Shown: piece by piece, positions 7,466-13,425 of the stretch
How the letters are laid out: every line of letters starts with the position of its first letter
How positions within the stretch are numbered: the stretch's first letter is position 1
Origin: an uncultured Thermococci archaeon
GTDB lineage: Archaea > CAYQAE01 > CAYVLA01
Direction of reading: 5' to 3'
Assembly: GCA_964549615.1 (NCBI GenBank)
Contig: CAZJVP010000009.1
Span: 1-13,425 of the forward strand
Length of the DNA: 13,425 nucleotides
Program-made: the position numbers and the translations under genes
The notes under the pieces: model-generated
The model's database searches: none
Told to the model about the DNA's origin: nothing
What the model saw: the letters and a program-made list of their open reading frames with translations, nothing else

Positions 7466-7804
7466 CTACGCGCTCTCCAGTGCTTGCTGCAGAACGGCGA
7501 TGATCGGCGGAAGGTCCTGCCGCACGGTGCTCCAGAGAATGTCTAGGTTGATGTCAAACTAGCCATGGACCAGCCTGTGGCGCATGCCCACGATATCTTG
7601 CCAGGGGATCTCGGGCAATGCCCGGCGCGTCGACTCGGAAACCTGGTAAGCCGCTTCGCCGATGATCTCGATCTCCTTGACCAGCGCCAGCGTCAGTTTG
7701 CGGTCCCGTTCCAGATCCTCGCGGCGGCTGGAGGCGGCAAACTCGATGGCTTCGCGGGCGGCGTCGAGCATACGCTGCAGGCGGATCCTGTCATCCTTGC
7801 GCAT
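7466..7804 (-). pseudogene. hepT: HepT-like (DUF86/HEPN) RNase toxin with an in-frame TAG at codon 82
   Basis: EIIGEAA...IPWQDIVGMRHRLVHG*FDINLDILWSTVRQDLPPIIAVLQQALESA*. The DUF86-like sequence continues in frame past TAG 7561-7559 to a stop at 7468-7466, restoring a normal 112-aa length. Confidence 0.9.
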
Positions 7805-8093
7805 ACTGCACCTCGGCTTGTCTCAGCACCTCATCCCGGAAGTAGCGGCTCAGGTCCTCCGGCGTGCGCAGATCCACTTTCCGTCCGCCCAAGAGCGCCG
7901 ATAGCTCGCGCTCCATTCGGGCGATGCCGAAAAGACCCGGAATATGGCCCGGCTCGAACTCCACGAGCAGGTCAATATCGCTTTCCGGTCCAAAGTCCTC
8001 CCGCAGCGCGGAGCCAAACAGGGCCAGCCGCCGAATGTGATGTCTCCGGCAGAACTCGGCCAGTACCTCTTGCGGGAGCGGTATCCTCTTCAT
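7791..8093 (-). CDS. mntA: MntA-like minimal nucleotidyltransferase antitoxin (100 aa)
   Basis: Start moved to ATG 8093 (GTG 8099 is possible). [22 protein letters not shown] fits GS-x10-DxD; RKVDL is present; the stop overlaps the HepT start by 14 nt. Confidence 0.92.
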   Translation of the reverse strand: MKRIPLPQEVLAEFCRRHHIRRLALFGSALREDFGPESDIDLLVEFEPGHIPGLFGIARMERELSALLGGRKVDLRTPEDLSRYFRDEVLRQAEVQYAQG

Positions 8094-8740
8094 GCTCACG
8101 CAACCCCGGACGCAAAGAAGTGTTCGTTCATCTTGACAGAACCCTAAAGCAATCCTCTCTTGCCCCTCATCAGGCAACTGGTGCTGATGCTGCGCCTCGA
8201 ACCCACGCTCTGGGAGGGCGTGCAGGCAACACATTTGCCGCATCTCATCCAGCGAGGACCCCTTTTTTCTAGTTCGGGTCCATTTCACAAGGGCAGGGTC
8301 GGAGATTTCCTCCGCTCTGAGCATGTGACGCCGCACTGCCTTCGAAGTTTCCCCTGTGCTGTTTCCTTGAAAACTCTCTCGGTTCCGAGGACCAACGGAT
8401 TGGCGCGATGAGCAACCTGCAAGGAGCCCGACGTATGCGCCCGGTCTCACCCCGGAGTGCAGGGACGCCGACTTAAGCCAAATCCACCGGCGCGCGGCGT
8501 GCCCAGAGGGCATCGCGATGTTATGCATCCACGACGGGATCCGTTTTCCACTTTCCCCTTCAACCTTTCTTCCTTTCTTCCGCTCACGACCGGCCGAAAG
8601 CATGGGGCCGCCTTGCCCCTAGGAGGAAGTGACGCCGGGGTTATGCGTGCCTAACCAAGCATCCTTCCCGCGCCACGAACGTTCTCGGGATTCCTCTTCG
8701 ATGCCAGCATCGGCCCAGGACCTGCCCAGGGGCCATCGGA

Positions 8741-8760
8741 CGATCCCTTGTACGGGATCG
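8741..8760. terminator. 7-bp inverted repeat downstream of the subtilase stop; possible terminator or RNA-stabilising hairpin
   Basis: CGATCCC-ttgtac-GGGATCG, 24 nt past the TAG at 8785. No U-tract follows. Confidence 0.3.
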
Positions 8761-8784
8761 ATTGTCACGGGGCCTGCCTTAGGG

Positions 8785-10788
8785 CTAGATCGTTATGCTG
8801 TCGGACGTCTCCTTGTTCTGCGAGGGGTCGTAGACCCAGCCATCCTTCCTAACGTCGGTTACGGCGAACGTGCAGGTCCCGGTCTTGCCCCTGATCCAGC
8901 TTGTGTAGAAGGTGACCTTCCCATCGGAGCCGGTGGTCCCCGAGACGGACTTGCTCGTCAAACCGCTCCAAGAGCCGTACACGGTCGCCCCCTGAACCGG
9001 ATTGCCGCCGGAATCAAGGATCGTCACCGTCGCCACGGCACGCTTCCGCGACAGGGAGGTCTGCACCGACATGTCGATGCTTTCCACGTGCATGGTCGGC
9101 TGTGCGGGCTTTTCGGTCACAGTCACGGTGCAGGTATCGGTACCGATCAGGCCTCCGTTGTCCGCGACCGTAAGCGTCACCGTGTAGGTGCCCGCCAACC
9201 CGTAGACGTGGCTTACCGTCACACCCGTCCCAATCCCGCCGTCGCCGAAGCTCCACCCGTAGGAGACGATCGTTCCATCCGGGTCGTAGGACCCTGAGCC
9301 GTCAAACGTCACCGAGTCTCCGACATAGGCCGACTTGTCCGGGCCCGCGTCCGCCACGGGGGGCTGGTTCGGATTCACCGTTATGACAACTTCGTCCGTG
9401 CCGGTTGCGCCCTCGTCGTCCGTGACCTTAAGGGTCACCGTGTGGATTCCCACAGCGAACTCATACACGATAACGGCCCCGCTTCCAAGAAGCGTTCCTC
9501 CCTCGCTCCAGTCGTAAGAGACGATGCTCCCCCCGTCGGGATCATAGGAGCCGGATCCGTCCAGAGTCGCAGCCTCCCGTCCTGTACCGTCCGCATCGGC
9601 CAGAACCCGGTCCGGCCCTGCAACGGCGACTGGCGGCTGAGGTACTAGAAGCGGCGCTGCCTCGTCCGCGTCGACCAGGCCGTAGCCATACCATTTGTCC
9701 CAGCCGACGCTGCCCAGATCATCCGCGGTCTGCTGGAGCCTTGCCCGCACCTCCGCGTTGGTCAGGCCTGGCTCGTTCGCCCACACAAGCGCCGCCGTGC
9801 CCGCCACGTGCGGGCAGGCCATCGACGTTCCGCTCATCGTGGCGTATGTCCCGCCCTTGTAGGTTGAGTTGATGCTCACCCCGGGCGCGGCCAGCTCCAG
9901 GGCCGAGCCCGTGCTTGACCAGCTCGCCTTACCATCGCTTTGGTCGGTTGCGCCCACCGCGATGACCGAGCTGTACCTAGCCGGGTAGTCCACGGTGTCA
10001 AACTCGATCGACCCCCATTTGCGGTAGTCGTTCCCGGCCGCCGCAACCAAAAGAACCCCGGCCGCATAGGCGGCATCGCAGGCGTTGCGCAGCGTGGTGC
10101 TGTCCGAGTCGCTCCCAAGGCTCATCGAGATAACCTTGGCGCCCTGCTTCACGGCCCATTCTATCCCGGCTGCGACATCGCTCACATAACCGCTTCCGGT
10201 GCTGTCCAGGACCTTCACGGCGTAGAGCCCCGCACCCGGGGCCACCCCGATCACCCCAATATCGTTGTCGACCGCCGCTATTATGCCGGCGCAGTGCGTC
10301 CCGTGCCCGTTATCGTCCATGGGGTCGTCGTCGTCCTGCACGAAGTCCACTCCCCCCACGACCTTGCCAGCAAGGTCGGGGTGGTTGTAGTCGATCCCAG
10401 TGTCGATTACGGCTACTTTGACCCCGTCGCCGGTCTGGTATGGATGGACGAGCCGTGCGCCTATCCTCTCCACCCCCCACGGGACGGTTTCGCCGAGCGC
10501 CTGGACGATCGCGTCGAGCTCGACGTAGGCGACGCCGGGCCTGGACCTGAGCCTTTCAAGCCTTTCCTCCGAAATATACGCCGCCACTGCCTTGATCGAC
10601 GCAAGCTGACGGATCACCCTCGCCCCTTCGGCGGCCGGGACCGAGAGGTCGATCCTTTCCCTGAATCCGATTATCACCCTCACCTCGCGCGAGGCGGGCG
10701 GTGAAAGCACGGCGGGAAGCGCCGACACAACGAGCATCCAACCTACAAGCGCTGCCAAAAGCTTAGGCTGCGTCCTCGTAGCAATCAT
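8785..10788 (-). CDS. Secreted subtilisin-family (S8) serine protease: signal peptide, I9-type propeptide, S8 domain, two PKD domains and a C-terminal Ig-like domain (667 aa)
   Basis: Catalytic triad VAVIDTG / GHGTHCAG / GTSMACPHVAG and oxyanion AAAGN. PKD-like repeats PPVAxAGPD...DGSGSYDPDG...TVTLxVxD at about 9640-9378 and 9375-9118. Beta-rich tail from MHVESIDM to YDPSQN. ATG 10788 is preferred over 10851 because the TATA-like box lies between them. Confidence 0.95.
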   Translation of the reverse strand: MIATRTQPKLLAALVGWMLVVSALPAVLSPPASREVRVIIGFRERIDLSVPAAEGARVIRQLASIKAVAAYISEERLERLRSRPGVAYVELDAIVQALGETVPWGVERIGARLVHPYQTGDGVKVAVIDTGIDYNHPDLAGKVVGGVDFVQDDDDPMDDNGHGTHCAGIIAAVDNDIGVIGVAPGAGLYAVKVLDSTGSGYVSDVAAGIEWAVKQGAKVISMSLGSDSDSTTLRNACDAAYAAGVLLVAAAGNDYRKWGSIEFDTVDYPARYSSVIAVGATDQSDGKASWSSTGSALELAAPGVSINSTYKGGTYATMSGTSMACPHVAGTAALVWANEPGLTNAEVRARLQQTADDLGSVGWDKWYGYGLVDADEAAPLLVPQPPVAVAGPDRVLADADGTGREAATLDGSGSYDPDGGSIVSYDWSEGGTLLGSGAVIVYEFAVGIHTVTLKVTDDEGATGTDEVVITVNPNQPPVADAGPDKSAYVGDSVTFDGSGSYDPDGTIVSYGWSFGDGGIGTGVTVSHVYGLAGTYTVTLTVADNGGLIGTDTCTVTVTEKPAQPTMHVESIDMSVQTSLSRKRAVATVTILDSGGNPVQGATVYGSWSGLTSKSVSGTTGSDGKVTFYTSWIRGKTGTCTFAVTDVRKDGWVYDPSQNKETSDSITI

Positions 10789-10823
10789 CCCCTTTGCGAA
10801 CGCACCAAGTCGGCTAGGCCAGG

Positions 10824-10838
10824 ATTTAAGTTTTTGGG
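10824..10838 (-). promoter_or_regulatory. Putative BRE/TATA of the subtilase gene
   Basis: Minus strand reads CCCAAAAA-CTTAAAT, ending 36 nt upstream of ATG 10788; it is the only AT-rich patch nearby. Confidence 0.55.
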
Positions 10839-11350
10839 TTGGTTTCCCCATGGCCGGCCTTGAGCGCTGCCCCCCTTGATCGCGCGAGTTCGGATCGTTA
10901 CGATCCCGCTGCTCCCCACCTGGGACGCAGCCTCATGGCGGCGCAACCAGCCCGTTCGGTTCGCGTGTCGAGAACTTGAGCCTTGTACGGGTGCCATGCG
11001 GGGCGTCTGGGCACCGAACCGTCTCAGCCAACGTTAATGCAGCGTCTCCTGGGGCGGAGGACATGGGCACCCGGATGGAGTCGTTTGCGCCGCGTGCCTT
11101 ATGCGTATGCTCCAGCGCTGGACCTTGTTCTCGGCAATGCGAAGTGAGATGAGGCCAAAGAACCTTTGGGTGCCAAATCCGTCACCCCTCGGTCGCGCGA
11201 TCGCCTCTGCTTAGTGGTCTTGGCCTCTTCCAAATGGAAGACGTCGCCAGAATGATTTTGACGCTTGTCCCGTCAGACACCGCAGCCTCCGCCTCGAGGG
11301 GCTGAACCGCGCGGAAATCCCAAAACGTGGATCCCACGCCAAGCTTACCC

Positions 11351-11755
11351 TCACTTCGAGGACGGCATATCGTCCAGCCTCATGGTCCTGACCCGGTGGC
11401 CGGCCCTTTTCAGGATCTCATCGTCCTCCGTCACAAGGATGGACCCTCTGCTCGCCGCGCAGTAGACATACGATGCATCGTAGTAGGTGAGTTTCAGTTC
11501 GCGGGCAAGGTCCAGCACCTCGCGCTCTGAGCAGCGAACCGTCGATTCCTCCATTAGGTTAAGAGCACTCTTCACCACGCCGGCCAGTTCAACCAGTTCC
11601 TGCGGGGTCACGCTCCGGCGTTTGGTGCACTCCTTCCACAGCGCATTTCCAAGCTCGTATCTGGCAAGCTCGAGCGTCTGGGCTCCGGCGATTCCGTCCA
11701 CCTTGTTCTGTTTGATGGCTTTGAAGATCGATGATGAATCCAGGACGTAGCTCAT
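11351..11755 (-). CDS. vapC: VapC PIN-domain toxin
   Basis: YVLDSS, LARYELGNALWK, TYYDASYV and LVTEDD supply the acidic PIN residues; 134 aa; ATGA overlap with the upstream antitoxin. Confidence 0.93.
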   Translation of the reverse strand: MSYVLDSSSIFKAIKQNKVDGIAGAQTLELARYELGNALWKECTKRRSVTPQELVELAGVVKSALNLMEESTVRCSEREVLDLARELKLTYYDASYVYCAASRGSILVTEDDEILKRAGHRVRTMRLDDMPSSK

Positions 11756-11982
11756 CTGCTCTCCCTATCCTCGCGGATGCCCCTGACAACATCCTCCACG
11801 GACAGCCTGTCGACGACGCCCTTAAGCTCCTCGATCCGGGCTTTCAGGCTTTCCACCTCCCTCCTCCTCACCTCCTCCTCCAAGGCCTTTCTGATCACTT
11901 CGGATGGCTGGATGCCGAGTTCCCTCATCCTCCTCCTGAACTCAGCCGAAACCTTGACCGAAACCGTAACGTAAGCCGTCAT
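11752..11982 (-). CDS. vapB: VapB antitoxin, ribbon-helix-helix/CcdA-like archaeal type (76 aa)
   Basis: Start moved to ATG 11982. YVTVSVKV strand followed by SEVIRKALEEEV helix; C-terminal IREDRESR; translationally coupled to vapC. Confidence 0.88.
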   Translation of the reverse strand: MTAYVTVSVKVSAEFRRRMRELGIQPSEVIRKALEEEVRRREVESLKARIEELKGVVDRLSVEDVVRGIREDRESR

Positions 11983-11996
11983 AATCGCCAGCGATA

Positions 11997-12026
11997 CTAC
12001 CCGTCTGTAGGCATAAAAATGTCTAC
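11997..12026 (-). promoter_or_regulatory. vapBC promoter with an overlapping operator-like inverted repeat
   Basis: Minus-strand TTTTTAT at 12019-12013, 31 nt before the ATG, lies inside GTAGGCAT-aaaa-ATGTCTAC (12007-12026, 7/8 arm match). A second CTAC-n6-GTAG is at 11997-12010. Confidence 0.6.
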
Positions 12027-12153
12027 CGGCACTGACCGCCCTAGGATACAGATCCCTCGGCGCTCCCATGTCGGAAGGCTTCCACCACGCCCAACAACCG
12101 AAAGCTCGACGGCGGCCTCACGGCGGACCACTCCCCTTCACGCGGAGAGGCCA

Positions 12154-12186
12154 TTGAAGGAACCCGTCGACACGGGCACTCTTCAA
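12154..12186. repeat. Imperfect inverted repeat between vapBC and the hydrolase-like pseudogene
   Basis: TTGAAG-gaa-CCCGT-cgac-ACGGG-cact-CTTCAA. Confidence 0.5.
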
Positions 12187-12250
12187 GGATCCTGAGAGCA
12201 ATGAAAACGTACACCATCACCCAAGACTCGGGCAGCTCAGAGGTGTGCAC

Positions 12251-13319
12251 ATGTGGCCGCGTAGGCTGGCCGCAGTCTGGGTGGTAGCAGTTTCTTCATT
12301 TTCAATTGCGTTCGGCGGCGACGGGTTCGCTTCCGCCGCGTCGCGTACAACTACCAGTCCCCTGCGAACCTGAACGGGACGGGCTTCGACGCCGTCTTCA
12401 TCCCGCTGAGCTGGGGAAGCATGACCTGGGACACGGTCCGCGGATGGCTTGAGGAGAGGCTAAGGCAGCGAATCCTCGAGCTTGCCCCGCTTGGAATGAA
12501 GGTCATCGCGGGCCTGTACTACTGCGTCCCGCCGGCCCCGGACGTTGGTAACTATTCCCGCGCCGTTGGCAAGGGCAGGTCGCCCGAGCAGGTGGTGCCT
12601 TCGCCGGTTGATGAGACCTGGTGGAGATACTACGTCGAGGAGCCCGGGGTTGTGATAGCCAACCTCTCCCTGTACTACCCGATCTGGGGGATAGTCTGGG
12701 ACTGGGAGCGCTACATCGAAGGTCGCTACTTCGAGCGCGAGGATTATAGCTACGACGAGGCTGCCGTACAGGCCTTCGCCCGGGACACGAACAGAACCAT
12801 CCCCTACGTGCCGCCCGCGGAGAGGTACTCGTGGCTGGAGGGACAGGGGCTGGTCGAGGAGTTCCAGGCATGGCAGGAGCACAAGCTTTACCTGATGGCC
12901 AAGCGCACCGAGACCAAGATCCACTCCATCAACCCCAGCCTGTCCTAGGGCTGTTGGGTTTTACGAATGACTGGTTCCCGTGGACCGTCCTAGAAGCCTT
13001 CAACTCGTCCACCGCGCTCGTCACCGGGTGGTGCGAGGAGACCTACGGGGGCTACTACATGGTCGAGCCCAACGCATCGCCCGAGTACTTCCGCAAGCTC
13101 TGGACCCAGCACCAGCTGAACGGCATCTTCCTCCCCGCCATCTGGGGGCTGTACGACCCATGGATGGTCCTCACCGAAATGGAGGCCGCGACCCGAGACA
13201 ACGGGGCCTTCTGGATCTACCTGTGGGACTACGACGCCCCGCTGCATCCCTTCGAGCCGTACAGAAAGGCCTACCAGATCTTCAATTCCTTCATCTTCTT
13301 CAACGCCGTCTCCTCGTAG
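12251..13319 (+). pseudogene. Frameshifted, truncated paralog of the 5256-7037 hydrolase-like gene
   Basis: GAGGTG RBS and ATG 12251 give a signal peptide (MWPRRLAAVWVVAVSSFSIAFG). A 1-nt deletion near 12329-12330 (DGF/FRRVAYNY versus DEFPFRRAAYSY) and another at 12944-12945 (tcc-taggg versus tcc ctt ggg) split it over three frames. Homology ends at FNSFIFFNA with TAG at 13317-13319. A 30-nt block is identical between 5680-5709 and 12674-12703. Confidence 0.9.
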
Positions 13320-13425
13320 GTCCATCCCCACGCTAGGTCAACATGGGAATGTGGCACGACGTAGATTGTATAGCGCTTCAATAGATTGGCAGCTGGCAGG
13401 AGCGCGTCCCGTGCCTTGGCGAGGG

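Noticed and set aside
7559-7561. Genome-wide amber recoding (pyrrolysine or alternative code) as the explanation for the hepT TAG
   Set aside because: TAG ends the MFS (4488), subtilase (8785) and full-length hepT (7466) frames at plausible C-termini, and the long intact genes contain no internal TAG.
8133-8138. TTGACA, a possible bacterial -35 box
   Set aside because: No -10 element at the right spacing and no credible downstream gene on that strand.
8144-8255. Minus-strand peptide [12 protein letters not shown] resembling a 4Fe-4S ferredoxin motif
   Set aside because: Lacks the first Cys and the CxxxCP spacing, and the surrounding sequence is not ferredoxin-like; probably chance.
8629-10741. 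Long antisense ORFs over the subtilase (8629-9297, 9940-10704 and others)
   Set aside because: Shadow frames of a clearly identified S8 protease gene.
5256-13319. Diversity-generating retroelement template/variable repeat pair formed by the two paralogs
   Set aside because: No reverse transcriptase in the window; differences span about 1 kb, include indels, and in the segment compared are often synonymous and not adenine-specific.
1-13425. CRISPR array, tRNA, rRNA, transposase or integrase
   Set aside because: No regularly spaced repeats, cloverleaf/T-loop signatures or recombinase/transposase motifs seen by eye; a tRNAscan, Infernal or ISfinder run would be needed to exclude degenerate cases.

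Overview
A GC-rich accessory/defence-type region, probably archaeal. That origin is inferred from BRE+TATA-like promoters about 30 nt upstream of several starts, GGAGG/GGTGA-type ribosome-binding sites, an archaeal-style VapBC pair and a sequon-rich surface protein. From left to right it holds: (1) a DUF499-family AAA+ ATPase of at least 962 codons on the minus strand, which runs off the left edge and is missing from the supplied ORF track, and which carries two tandem CxxCGYxxxECRC modules; (2) a possible decayed PIN fragment and a divergent, lower-GC PD-(D/E)XK nuclease that may be truncated; (3) a half-size (about 6 TM) MFS protein; (4) a secreted glycoside-hydrolase-like protein with a VPEP-TM-basic C-terminal sorting signal; (5) an MntA/HepT toxin-antitoxin pair in which the HepT Tyr of the RX4HXY motif is a TAG stop; (6) a subtilisin (S8) with two PKD domains; (7) a VapBC pair with an inverted repeat over its TATA box; (8) a twice-frameshifted, truncated paralog of gene (4). 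I found no rRNA, tRNA, CRISPR array, transposase, integrase or reverse transcriptase. All family calls come from motif recognition by eye; no searches were run.
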